Below are positions 8,942 through 17,860 of a DNA stretch of 32,000 nucleotides, one piece after another. The number at the start of each line of letters is the position of its first letter. The stretch's first letter is position 1. Both the position numbers and the translations under genes were made by a program. The notes below the pieces were generated by a model. It ran no database searches. It was not told the DNA's origin and was given only the letters and a program-made list of their open reading frames with translations. Origin of the DNA: an uncultured bacterium (GTDB lineage: Bacteria; Margulisbacteria; WOR-1; CAVSGV01); contig OY969425.1 in NCBI GenBank assembly GCA_963699255.1, forward strand, positions 1,110,001 to 1,142,000, read 5' to 3'.

Positions 8942-9911
8942 AAGGACCTGGTCCGAGAATGAGATCGAAGCCGTAACCTCGTGCATTAAATCCGGGCATA
9001 TGACCCAGGGGGCTTTGGTCGAAAAATTCGAGGAAGAGTTCAAAGCTTTCGCCGGGGCCAAATACGCGATAGCGGTAAATTCCTGCACCTCGGCTCTTTT
9101 CCTTTGCCTGAAACTCCTGTCTCCGAAAAAAGTCAGCACCCCTTCAATGACGTTCGCTTCGGTCGCGAGCTGCATAATCCATGCGGGAGCCGAACTTGCC
9201 TGGATGGATGAATCGTGGGCCGGATCAAGATATCCTCTCGTATCGAACGATCCCAGATCTGGCATAATATATGATTCAGCCCATGCCCTTCACAGGAGCG
9301 ACGCATCCAGGAAGGAAAACGACCTTGTCTGCTATTCATTCTATCCCACAAAAAATCTCTCCGGGGCCGAAGGCGGCATGATCGCGACGAACAACAAGAA
9401 CTATGCCGAGTGGTTAAGAAAAGCCAGGTGGCACGCGAGGGTCGGCAAAAGCTGGGATTATATAATAGAATTCCCGGCCTGGAAAATGAACATGACGGAT
9501 ATACAGGCTGCGATAGGGATAGAATATTTGAAAAGGCTGGACGAGGAAGCAGGGAAAAGAAAAGAACTGGTGGATCAATATAATAAGCTCCTCGGAACCT
9601 CGATAAGATCGGACCATATTTTCCAGACAGTGGTAAATGACAGGAAGGATTTCGTTAATTACATGGAAGATAACGGCATAGAGTGCAGCATGCACTTCAA
9701 GCCCGTTCACAAACAGCCCGCTTTCAAACAGTTCTACAAGGAACTTCCGAAGACAGAGCACTTTGAAGGCTATGCCGTGTCGCTTCCGCTTTATCCTTCC
9801 ATGAGCGGAACCGAAGTTGAAGAGGTTTGCGGACTGGTCAAGGAATGGGACAAAAGCCATCCCCTGCCCCGGCAGGAATACGCCGAGTTCAAGAGTTTCC
9901 TGAAAGCTTAA
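8910..9911 (+). CDS. DegT/DnrJ/EryC1/StrS-family sugar aminotransferase (PLP-dependent)
   Basis: 333-aa ORF. The N-terminus (WSENEIEAVTSCIKSGHMTQGALVEKFEEEF...NSCTSAL) and the PLP-lysine context (YSFYPTKNLSGAEGGMI) match the family. Confidence 0.85.
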   Translation: MSTSIRIPFYKRTWSENEIEAVTSCIKSGHMTQGALVEKFEEEFKAFAGAKYAIAVNSCTSALFLCLKLLSPKKVSTPSMTFASVASCIIHAGAELAWMDESWAGSRYPLVSNDPRSGIIYDSAHALHRSDASRKENDLVCYSFYPTKNLSGAEGGMIATNNKNYAEWLRKARWHARVGKSWDYIIEFPAWKMNMTDIQAAIGIEYLKRLDEEAGKRKELVDQYNKLLGTSIRSDHIFQTVVNDRKDFVNYMEDNGIECSMHFKPVHKQPAFKQFYKELPKTEHFEGYAVSLPLYPSMSGTEVEEVCGLVKEWDKSHPLPRQEYAEFKSFLKA

Positions 9912-9912
9912 C

Positions 9913-11004
9913 ATGAGCTTTTCCACATGTATCCCCGTAATGATGTACCACCATGTTAGCCCTGAGCCGGAAGATTCAATATCCATAAACCCGCAGAACT
10001 TTGAGATGCAGATAAAATATCTCGCTGAAGCACGCTACAGATCTCTGCACCTTCCGGAATTCTTCAGCCTTCTCAGGAGCTGGAACATCCCTGAAAAGCT
10101 CGTGCTTATAACCTTTGACGACGGATACGCCGACAATTTCATCTACGCTTATCCGATACTGAAAAAGTACGGAATGAAAGCGACGATATTTCCCGTGACC
10201 GCGTTCATAAAGGACAGTATAGAAAAACGGGGAGCCCTTACACCTGATTTTGAGCTGTTGATGAGAACACCTTTTGCCAAAAGGGGGCTTGATGATTTCT
10301 TAACGTGGGAAGAGATGAAGGAAATGCTATCCGGCGGACTGATAGATATTCAGGCGCATTGCCACGATCATGCCGCATACTTTGAGACAGACAAGATAAG
10401 ATCCTTTTACGACGGAAGCGACATGAACACAAAACTTGGCTGGGCAACCGACGGGGACCTGAGGCCGGGTATCCCGATCTATGAGACGGGCCCATCCCTT
10501 TGCGTTAGAAGATATTTCGATGACAAAGAGCTTAGGAACAAGCTCGCGGATCATGTCAAAAGCGGAGGCGGAGCTCTTTTCATGCAAAAGCCTGAAGCGA
10601 GAAAGGAGCTTGAGCGTATCGTCAGAGAACATGGAAAAATGAACGGCCGATTTGAAACAGAAGCGGAATCCGACGGCAGGATCATGAACGAATTGACGCT
10701 TACCAAAGAACTTATTGAGATCAAATTGAACAAAAAAGTGGATTACATATGCTGGCCGTGGGGAAGCGTGGATAGGCCATTGATCGAGCGGGCCAAGCGG
10801 GCCGGTTTCACAGGCGGGATCGGGATGAAAGGCGGGGCGAACATGAGGCTGACGAACATGATGGATATACACAGGTTCAATCCCTGCAGAAAAGATATAC
10901 CTGCGCTGAGACAAAAGCTGTTCAAGCATTCAAATCTCTGGCTTTCATTGTATAATGACAAGCGGATAGATAAATTATTAATAAGAAGGGAGAAGTTCCT
11001 GTGA
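9913..11004 (+). CDS. Polysaccharide deacetylase (NodB homology domain, CE4)
   Basis: 363-aa ORF with LITFDDGYADNFIYAYPILKKYGMKATIFPVT and a downstream H-x-x-x-H (QAHCHDH). It starts 1 nt after the DegT stop. Confidence 0.85.
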   Translation: MSFSTCIPVMMYHHVSPEPEDSISINPQNFEMQIKYLAEARYRSLHLPEFFSLLRSWNIPEKLVLITFDDGYADNFIYAYPILKKYGMKATIFPVTAFIKDSIEKRGALTPDFELLMRTPFAKRGLDDFLTWEEMKEMLSGGLIDIQAHCHDHAAYFETDKIRSFYDGSDMNTKLGWATDGDLRPGIPIYETGPSLCVRRYFDDKELRNKLADHVKSGGGALFMQKPEARKELERIVREHGKMNGRFETEAESDGRIMNELTLTKELIEIKLNKKVDYICWPWGSVDRPLIERAKRAGFTGGIGMKGGANMRLTNMMDIHRFNPCRKDIPALRQKLFKHSNLWLSLYNDKRIDKLLIRREKFL

Positions 11005-12839
11005 ACGCTCTGACATTAATGATAATAGCCTTGTGTGTTTTTGCCCTGGCTTACAGGTATTATTCCGTTTTTCTCACGACCAAGGTACTTGTGCTCGATC
11101 CGAAGAGAAAAACTCCCGCATACGCACTGAACGACGGCCATGATTATCATCCCACCAACAAATGGGTGCTCTTCGGGCATCACTTCGCTGCGATAGCCGG
11201 GGCGGGACCGCTGATCGGACCTGTTCTCGCGGCCCAGTTCGGGTACCTGCCCGGGGCGCTATGGATAATAATCGGCGCGGTCCTTGCCGGCGCCGTACAT
11301 GACTATGTGATACTTTTTGCTTCCGTCAGGCACAACGGGCTTTCCCTTCACAAGATAGCCCGCGACTATATAGGGAGAACGACGGGGATCGCTACCGCCG
11401 TCGCGGTGCTCTTCATCATCGTTACGGCGCTCGCGGGTTTATCGATCGTTGTCGTGAATGCCCTGGCGCAAAGCCCGTGGGGAACTTTTGCGATAGCAGT
11501 AAGCATCCCCGCCGCGATACTTGTCGGAATATACATGAAGATCAGGAAGGAAGCGCTGCTTGAAGCCTCCATCATAGGCACGGGACTGCTGCTTCTTGCC
11601 GTAATATTTGGATTCAACGTCCAGCATTCGCCTATAGCTTTTCTTTTCACTTATTCCAGGCATCAGCTAGCCCTTATCCTTATCGCGTACGGTTTTTTTG
11701 CGTCCGTCCTGCCGGTATGGCTCCTTCTATCCCCCAGGGATTACATAAGCTCGTATCTAAAGATCGGCACGGTCGCACTTCTTGCCGTAGGGATATTCCT
11801 GATCCATCCACAGATCAAAATGCCCGCCATCACTCCATTCGTGTTCGGCGGCGGGCCTATAATACCCGGAGCCGTCTGGCCTTATGTCTGCATAACGATA
11901 GCCTGCGGGGCCATTTCCGGTTTTCATTCGCTGATATCTTCGGGAACAACCCCTAAAATGATATCGAACGAAAAAGACATGCGGATGATCGGGTATGGCG
12001 CAATGCTCGTTGAAGGGTTTGTAGCGGTAATGGCGCTTATCGCCGCGACTTCCCTCATACCGGCCGATTATTTCGCGATAAATACTTCACCGGCCATTTT
12101 CAAGAACCTGGGCATGACGGTCGTTAATCTGCCGGTCCTTTCGAAAATGGTCCAGGAGAACGTGGTTGGACGCCCCGGAGGGGCGGTTTCCCTCGCGGTC
12201 GGAATGGCGCAGATATTTTCCGGCCTGCCGGGGATGAAAAACCTGATGGGCTACTGGTACCACTTTGCGATAATGTTCGAGGCGCTGTTCATATTGACTA
12301 CGATCGATGCCGGAACAAGAGTGGCGAGATACATAACACAGGAGATACTTGGGAAAGTAATAAAACCTTTTGGTGACACGAAATGGAAACCCGGCATAAT
12401 TTTGACGAGCGCAATGGTCGTCTTTGCATGGGGCTATCTTGTTTACAACGGGGACATCTCCACGATCTGGCCGATGTTCGGCGTCGCTAACCAGCTTCTC
12501 GCGACTGTCGCGCTTGTGATAGGGACTTCCGTGATATTAAAAAATAACAATAAAAAACTTTATGCGCTTGTGACCTTCCTTCCCATGCTTTTTATGCTCG
12601 CGACTACCGTTACGGCCGGGATCATGAACATTTTCATTAATTATCTCCCCCAGGGATCTTTCAACGGCAACCTGAACGCGCTGCTCTCCGCGGTCATGAT
12701 CATCCTTGTCGTTATCATCGTGATAGATTCATCCGTTAAGTGGTATTTTTACCTTAAAGAACACGGCTTAAAGACCCGGCAGATCGAAAAAGAAGAAAAA
12801 ACAAAAGAAAAAGATCCGGCCATGGAGCTGGATATATAG
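11001..12839 (+). CDS. cstA: Carbon starvation protein A (peptide/pyruvate transporter family)
   Basis: 612-aa polytopic ORF. The N-terminus ([13 protein letters not shown]...[38 protein letters not shown]) is a near-canonical CstA signature. Its GTG start forms a GTGA overlap with the deacetylase stop. Confidence 0.95.
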   Translation: MNALTLMIIALCVFALAYRYYSVFLTTKVLVLDPKRKTPAYALNDGHDYHPTNKWVLFGHHFAAIAGAGPLIGPVLAAQFGYLPGALWIIIGAVLAGAVHDYVILFASVRHNGLSLHKIARDYIGRTTGIATAVAVLFIIVTALAGLSIVVVNALAQSPWGTFAIAVSIPAAILVGIYMKIRKEALLEASIIGTGLLLLAVIFGFNVQHSPIAFLFTYSRHQLALILIAYGFFASVLPVWLLLSPRDYISSYLKIGTVALLAVGIFLIHPQIKMPAITPFVFGGGPIIPGAVWPYVCITIACGAISGFHSLISSGTTPKMISNEKDMRMIGYGAMLVEGFVAVMALIAATSLIPADYFAINTSPAIFKNLGMTVVNLPVLSKMVQENVVGRPGGAVSLAVGMAQIFSGLPGMKNLMGYWYHFAIMFEALFILTTIDAGTRVARYITQEILGKVIKPFGDTKWKPGIILTSAMVVFAWGYLVYNGDISTIWPMFGVANQLLATVALVIGTSVILKNNNKKLYALVTFLPMLFMLATTVTAGIMNIFINYLPQGSFNGNLNALLSAVMIILVVIIVIDSSVKWYFYLKEHGLKTRQIEKEEKTKEKDPAMELDI

Positions 12840-12861
12840 AAGCGCTCTGAATAATTGACCT

Positions 12862-12978
12862 GGAACCTGCGACTGTCATGCCTGAGGCAGATCCGCCTCT
12901 GGCGGAAAAGTCGCGGTTCCGACACTATAACTGATTGGATTAAGATTTTTGGAACCGAGAATTTTATTCTCAGGTTCC
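12862..12978 (+). repeat. Bulged-hairpin intergenic repeat, copy 1 (module A with a 36-nt loop insert, then module B)
   Basis: GGAACCTGCGAC (12862-12873) pairs with GTCGCGGTTCC (12910-12920). It is followed by GGAACCGAGAAT-TTT-ATTCTCAGGTTCC (12951-12978). The arms match the other three copies. Confidence 0.8.
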
Positions 12979-13004
12979 AAAAAGCATTAAAAAGGCAATA
13001 TAAA

Positions 13005-13964
13005 GTGAAAAAGCTGTCATCAGTATTACCCGCAATCGTTCTTTTTGCCGCAGTTTGTCTTGCTGCCGTCAATACCGTTTCACTTCGATATATCATGCAG
13101 GAAAAATTCGACGGCAGGGACCTTAAGCTCGTTAAAGTGCTGGCTACGAACGAAACGTATACCCGGTATTACATTACTTATATGAGTGGAAAACTGAAGA
13201 TATCGGGGATCATGAACGTGCCGAAAGGCGGCGGCCCCTACCCTGTCATCATAACCGCCCACGGATTCGTCGAGCCGCGTTATTACACGACCGGCAGAGG
13301 GCTTAAAAGAGAACAGGATTACCTTGCCCGCCACGGATATGTCGTCCTCCATCCGGACTACCGAAATAATAACGGATCCGACAAAGACCCGGAAAACAAC
13401 CTGCGGCTAAACCTTGGATATACGGAAGATGTCATAAACGCTGTTTACGCGGTCAGGAACTCAAATTTCACATTCATGGACAGGAACAACATCGGCCTGC
13501 TGGGCCATTCTCTCGGCGGAGGGGTCGCCCTCAATATAATAGTGACAAAACCGGGGCTGATAAAAGCTTACGTTCTATTCGCGCCTATCAGCATGGACTA
13601 CCGCGACAATTACTACCGCTGGATAGCGAGGAGAGGCCCCGATGTGCTGAGAAAGTTCGGGCCGCCCGCGACAAGGGAGAAGATCGAGGCTCTTTACGGG
13701 TCCCCCGAAGCAAACCCGTCCTTCTGGGATGATATCTCCCCGAAGAAATACATAAAGAACGTGGAAGACCCCGTCATTGTCCACCAGGGACTGGCGGACC
13801 AGGAAGTCCCCCCTGATTGGTCGGATAAGCTGGTCGCGGCTTTCAAGCGCAGCGGCAAGGAGATCAAGCTTTACACCTACAGCGGCCAGCCGCACGAGTT
13901 CACTTCCGCCTGGCCCAGTGTCATGAAAACATCAGTCAGGTTCTTTGATTCCATCTTAAAATAA
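13005..13964 (+). CDS. Alpha/beta hydrolase, prolyl oligopeptidase (S9)-like serine hydrolase with N-terminal membrane anchor
   Basis: It has a nucleophile elbow (GLLGHSLGGG), an acid (GLADQEVP) and a His (SGQPHEF). I place the start at GTG 13005 (VKKLSSVLPAIVLFAAVCLAAV, a signal anchor). The longer track ORF from 12855 merely translates the repeat element. Confidence 0.8.
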   Translation: MKKLSSVLPAIVLFAAVCLAAVNTVSLRYIMQEKFDGRDLKLVKVLATNETYTRYYITYMSGKLKISGIMNVPKGGGPYPVIITAHGFVEPRYYTTGRGLKREQDYLARHGYVVLHPDYRNNNGSDKDPENNLRLNLGYTEDVINAVYAVRNSNFTFMDRNNIGLLGHSLGGGVALNIIVTKPGLIKAYVLFAPISMDYRDNYYRWIARRGPDVLRKFGPPATREKIEALYGSPEANPSFWDDISPKKYIKNVEDPVIVHQGLADQEVPPDWSDKLVAAFKRSGKEIKLYTYSGQPHEFTSAWPSVMKTSVRFFDSILK

Positions 13965-14108
13965 CCTTCTTATTCTATTCATCTAACGCTTCAAATAGCC
14001 CTTTTCACTTATTTGCCCATACAAGTTATGCACAAGTTATCCCGATAGTACATATGGAAGAGAGTGCATAACGGTCTCCGAATTTTGTGCGTATAGGAGG
14101 GGAAATAA

Positions 14109-14861
14109 ATGGCTGGAGAGGGAACTAATATTGTAAATTCTGGATCTAATAAAATAACCAATAATCCACATCTTGCTTCAGCACTCCAAAAGAAGGGAGT
14201 CAAAGGAGCAGATCCTCAATCTATCAAATCTGATACAGAAACCAATAACTTTGCCGATAATGAATTTAAATTCGATCCGGAACAGCAAACAAAAAAAATA
14301 AGCGCAATGGTGGTTTATTTTAAAAATAACGCTGCTTCTCTAAATCAAGAAAACCCTATGGTAAACATTGTTATAAGCGCCGGATGTACCAAAGATCCCG
14401 CCAGTCAAAATTTAAAGGATCTGGATAAAGCTATAGCCGATCAAAATCCGGCGGCGATCAAAAATTACCTGAAGAAATTGAACGTCACATCGGACAACTT
14501 TGTTTCAGATGCTGATTTTGCCACGTTTCAGGCCCTGGCAGGTATGAATCAACCTGACCCAAAGCTAGACGGCAACTATTCCCTGCATATTTTAAGATTG
14601 ATGACCATGTTAACAACAACAAAAGAAGCGATAAATAAGTCCGACCTAACCGATATTCAGAAAGCTCAAGCGATCAAGGATATTAAGGTGAAAGTAATTT
14701 GCGGCGGTGTTACGGGCGACCGCTTTGACCAGGCAATACTGGAACCCAAAAGCGAGTTTGCTGTTGGCGAAAACGGAACCGGGATGGTTCTTGTCGATAA
14801 CAGCCCGTCCGGAAAGTGGCATCGCGATGAGCAGGCGGATATCGCAACTGACATAATATAG
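14109..14861 (+). CDS. Hypothetical protein (orphan, A+T-rich islet)
   Basis: 250-aa ORF with a strong SD (tAGGAGGggaaataaATG). It has no signal peptide or TM helix and no motif I recognise. It ends at a TAG that is in frame with the next ORF. Confidence 0.7.
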   Translation: MAGEGTNIVNSGSNKITNNPHLASALQKKGVKGADPQSIKSDTETNNFADNEFKFDPEQQTKKISAMVVYFKNNAASLNQENPMVNIVISAGCTKDPASQNLKDLDKAIADQNPAAIKNYLKKLNVTSDNFVSDADFATFQALAGMNQPDPKLDGNYSLHILRLMTMLTTTKEAINKSDLTDIQKAQAIKDIKVKVICGGVTGDRFDQAILEPKSEFAVGENGTGMVLVDNSPSGKWHRDEQADIATDII

Positions 14862-14903
14862 GCGAATCGGGATGCTATTCTTAATGATAATGCGGAAATT
14901 AAA

Positions 14904-15416
14904 GTGACCAGATTTGCCGGGGATTATAACGGGTATACAAAAAAATTGAGCAGTAGACGCGAAGAGGAAAAAAATTATAAGACCTATTTAACGGTCAACG
15001 CGAAAGAAATTATTAACGGGAAAAAATTTGTTAATATGAGCAAGGCAGACCTCAAAGAAATGATAAAGGCGGGCATTGAAGGCAACGGTTCAAATTCGGA
15101 ATGTGTAGTGACGAACACTGCAGTCGCGTTACAAGATAAAAATCCTCCATCAATAACCTGGACGATAACCGATGAAACCATCCATGATAAAGCTGGGATA
15201 GAAAATCTTATGGCCCTAAAACAGTCTACAGGCGCTAAGGAAGTAAACTTTTTGGTAATAAATACAAAGGATAAGAAGGGGTTCGAATTGGAAAGCTTGA
15301 AACCTTCCGGCGGGGATAATGGTTTACCCAAGGAATATGCGGATCTATTCGGTGAGAACGAGAACAACAATATCAGTAACAACAAAAATCCCGTCATTTA
15401 CTCTTACTTGAAATAG
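14904..15416 (+). CDS. Hypothetical protein, or the C-terminal part of the upstream ORF
   Basis: 170-aa ORF with a GTG start and no SD. It is in the same frame as 14109-14861, and no stop other than the TAG at 14859-14861 separates them. Confidence 0.5.
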   Translation: MTRFAGDYNGYTKKLSSRREEEKNYKTYLTVNAKEIINGKKFVNMSKADLKEMIKAGIEGNGSNSECVVTNTAVALQDKNPPSITWTITDETIHDKAGIENLMALKQSTGAKEVNFLVINTKDKKGFELESLKPSGGDNGLPKEYADLFGENENNNISNNKNPVIYSYLK

Positions 15417-15508
15417 TTATTGCCTGCAGCAAATTGTTGACAGGCAGAACACATCTAGCACTTTTTTCTAATTGGATTGATCGTATCGAGCCGGGAACGG
15501 CTTAAGTG

Positions 15509-16765
15509 TTATTTCCACACGGACGAAGCCACGCTCGATAATACAGGAAAGCTCTCTTTTTTATGAGGTTTGAGTTTTTTTGCGACAAAATCGATGATCT
15601 TTCCGGCAATGTCACTCTTGGACACTAATCCTGTTCTTTCTGACCTCCCGTCACCATAAATAAAACACGCCCTGCTTGAATCGACGTCAAAAGCTTCCGG
15701 CCCGTTCGCAACTATCAGATCAAGGTTTTTATCTTTCAATTTCTTTATTGAATTCTCGATCAAATTGCTTGTCTCAAGCGAAAAGCCTATCAATATCTTG
15801 TTGCCCTTCTTCCTGCCGAGCTCTTCCAAAATGTCATCCGTCCGCCTCAGTTCGATCTTGAGCCCTGATCCGCGGGCTTTCTTCTTCAGCTTTGAGTCCC
15901 GGGCCTTGAGCGGCTTATAGTCAGCCACCGCCGCCGCCATGATCACAACATCCGACCTCTTCGATTCGATCATCACCGCCTGCTTCATCTGCGCGGCTGT
16001 CTCGACTTCAATTATCTTGCAACCGGAAGGCTTCTCGATCTGCGTCGGCGTGGTCACCAAGGTCACTTGAGCTCCCCTTTCAACGGCTGCCCTTGCAGCC
16101 GCATATCCCATTTTCCCGGAAGACCTGTTCCCTATGAACCTTACAGGATCTATCGCTTCTTTTGTTCCTCCGGCGGTTATCAATATTTTAACGCCCGTTA
16201 AGTCTTTGGAAGTTTCGAGCATTTCCATGACTTTTGAGATGATAACGGGAACATCCGCCATCCTGCCCGCACCCGTGCTGCCGCAGGCGAGCCATCCTAC
16301 TTCCGGACCGATGATCTGATGACCAATAGATCTAAGCTTTGAGATGTTTTCCTGTACAACGGGGTTTTCCCACATGTTATTGTTCATGGCCGGAGCGATC
16401 AGCTTTGGCGCTTTCGAGCTTATCACCATGGTAGACAAAGGATCGTCGGCGATGCCCTGTGCGATCTTCCCGATGATATTTGCCGTCGCCGGAGCGATAA
16501 TCATCAGATCGGTTTTCTCGGTAATGGAAATGTGGGGAACTGGGATATCTGTCAGTTCATCAGAAAAAAGGTCGGTAATGACAGGGTTGCCTGAAAGCGT
16601 CCTGAAGGTCAGGGGCGTGACCAGCTTCGCCGCTTCCTTCGTCTCCACAACCCATACATCCGCCCCAAGCTGGACCAGCTTGCTCACGAGGTCAGCGGAT
16701 TTATATGCGGCTATGCCGCCCGTGACTCCAACAATGATAGTTTTATTTTTTAGCTTCATGTTCAT
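15509..16765 (-). CDS. coaBC: Bifunctional phosphopantothenoylcysteine decarboxylase / phosphopantothenate-cysteine ligase
   Basis: 418-aa ORF with an N-terminal flavoprotein domain (IIVGVTGGIAAYKSADLVSKL) and a C-terminal DFP/CoaB domain (ITAGGTKEAIDPVRFIGNRSSGKMG). Confidence 0.95.
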   Translation of the reverse strand: MNMKLKNKTIIVGVTGGIAAYKSADLVSKLVQLGADVWVVETKEAAKLVTPLTFRTLSGNPVITDLFSDELTDIPVPHISITEKTDLMIIAPATANIIGKIAQGIADDPLSTMVISSKAPKLIAPAMNNNMWENPVVQENISKLRSIGHQIIGPEVGWLACGSTGAGRMADVPVIISKVMEMLETSKDLTGVKILITAGGTKEAIDPVRFIGNRSSGKMGYAAARAAVERGAQVTLVTTPTQIEKPSGCKIIEVETAAQMKQAVMIESKRSDVVIMAAAVADYKPLKARDSKLKKKARGSGLKIELRRTDDILEELGRKKGNKILIGFSLETSNLIENSIKKLKDKNLDLIVANGPEAFDVDSSRACFIYGDGRSERTGLVSKSDIAGKIIDFVAKKLKPHKKESFPVLSSVASSVWK

Positions 16766-16781
16766 AATTTGAAATTTACCA

Positions 16782-16866
16782 GGAACCTGCGACTAAACGT
16801 CGCGGTTCCAATTGTTTAGTTGTTATCACTGAATCTTATGGAGCCGAGGCGTTCAGCCTCGGGCTC
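16782..16866 (+). repeat. Bulged-hairpin intergenic repeat, copy 2 (module A, linker, module C)
   Basis: GGAACCTGCGAC-TAAAC-GTCGCGGTTCC (16782-16809), then the linker ...TTAGTTGTTATCACTGAATC..., then GGAGCCGAGGC-GTTCA-GCCTCGGGCTC (16840-16866). It lies between the rpoZ stop and the coaBC start. Confidence 0.8.
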
Positions 16867-16899
16867 TTAACCAAACGCCAAAATGCTGAATTTTAATAG

Positions 16900-17202
16900 T
16901 TATTTTTTCTTGGCTTTAGGAGCTCTCGTCTTCTTTTTTCCCTCTTTGGCCAGCGAGGGTCTTGCCTTGACTTCCGCTTCCACCAGTTCCTGAGGCTTTA
17001 TTATCTCTTTGCCAAGCTTTATCTTGATTTTATCCGCGGCGATCTCTTTCAGGGCAGTAGTGATGGAATCCGTCGGATCAAAGTCGTCCACATAGGGAAG
17101 CGATCCCGCCAGTATCTGTTTGGCCCTTGTGATCGTGGCGTTAACCAGCAAAAACTTGTTCTTTACCTTTGACATTATGTCGTCAATCCTCAGTTCTTTC
17201 AA
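16900..17202 (-). CDS. rpoZ: DNA-directed RNA polymerase subunit omega, with a Lys-rich C-terminal tail
   Basis: 100-aa ORF. MSKVKNKFLLVNATITRAKQI matches the RpoZ N-terminal helix. It sits in the conserved gmk-rpoZ-coaBC order. Confidence 0.9.
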   Translation of the reverse strand: MKELRIDDIMSKVKNKFLLVNATITRAKQILAGSLPYVDDFDPTDSITTALKEIAADKIKIKLGKEIIKPQELVEAEVKARPSLAKEGKKKTRAPKAKKK

Positions 17203-17851
17203 TTTAATAACATCCTTTCTTTTTCCACGTTGATTATCGCCTTTATCTTTTCTGCGGCGGATTCTACCGTATCATTGACCACTATATAATCATACTTTTC
17301 CATGACTTGCAATTCCGCTATGGCGGCCCTCAACCTGTAATTCTGCTCTTCCACCTTCTCCGTCTTTCTCTTCTTAAGCCTGAAAGCCAGAATATCAACG
17401 GACGGCGGGATCAGGAATACAAATACCTGCGATGTGGTGTTTATCCCGTTCTTTGACGCCAGATCCCTTATGTTCGAGGCGCCCTGAACGTCCACTTCCA
17501 GAACAACGGTGCCGCCTTTTTCAAGCTCCTTCTCAACGAATGATCGGGGTGTGCCGTAATAATACCCGTGAACCCTCGCCCACTCCAGGAACTCGCCTTT
17601 CTTTTCCTGCTTGAAAATTCTTCCTCTGAAAGAAAAAAATAATCTTCTTTGTCTTTTTCAAAGGGCCGCTTCGGCCTTGTTGTCGCCGAGGTGGAGAGCT
17701 TAAGTTCCGGATATATCTTGAACAGTTTTGAGACAACCGTACTCTTGCCTACGCCGGAAGGCCCGGAAATTATCAGAAGAAGACCCCTCGACTTCTCTCG
17801 GGACAAGCCCCGCCCAAGGTGGCGGGGCAAGCTCTTTCGCTTCTTTTTCAC
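17199..17851 (-). pseudogene. gmk: Guanylate kinase, reading frame interrupted by an apparent 1-nt deletion near 17614-17617
   Basis: Frame 1 (17851 downward) gives the P-loop ISGPSGVGKST...TTRPKRPFEKDKEDYFFLSEEEF and then nonsense. The next frame continues KQEKKGEFLEWARVHGYYYGTPRSFVEKELEKGGTVVLEVDVQGASNIRD... to the normal C-terminus. The junction falls at a TTTT run. Confidence 0.85.
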
Positions 17852-17860
17852 AACCTCTGA

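Noticed and set aside
12855-13004. The N-terminal 50 codons of the 369-aa track ORF for the hydrolase.
   Set aside because: This stretch is the translated bulged-hairpin repeat (copy 1). A GTG at 13005 gives a normal signal anchor. I treated the extension as non-coding.
14859-14861. TAG reassignment (an alternative genetic code or pyrrolysine) as the explanation for the in-frame TAG between the two orphan ORFs.
   Set aside because: TAG clearly terminates well-supported genes in the same window at sensible C-termini: the GT at 6841-6843, cstA at 12837-12839, the OM barrel at 19020-19022 and rsmG at 27126-27128. Global recoding is therefore not supported.
15421-15502. Terminators in the convergent spacer between the orphan ORF and coaBC: TGCCTG-N14-CAGGCA followed 15 nt later by T6, and AGCCG-GGAA-CGGCT.
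   Set aside because: The stems are only 5-6 bp. The first has a 14-nt loop and its T-run is detached from the stem. The second has no U-tract on either strand. This is too weak to call.
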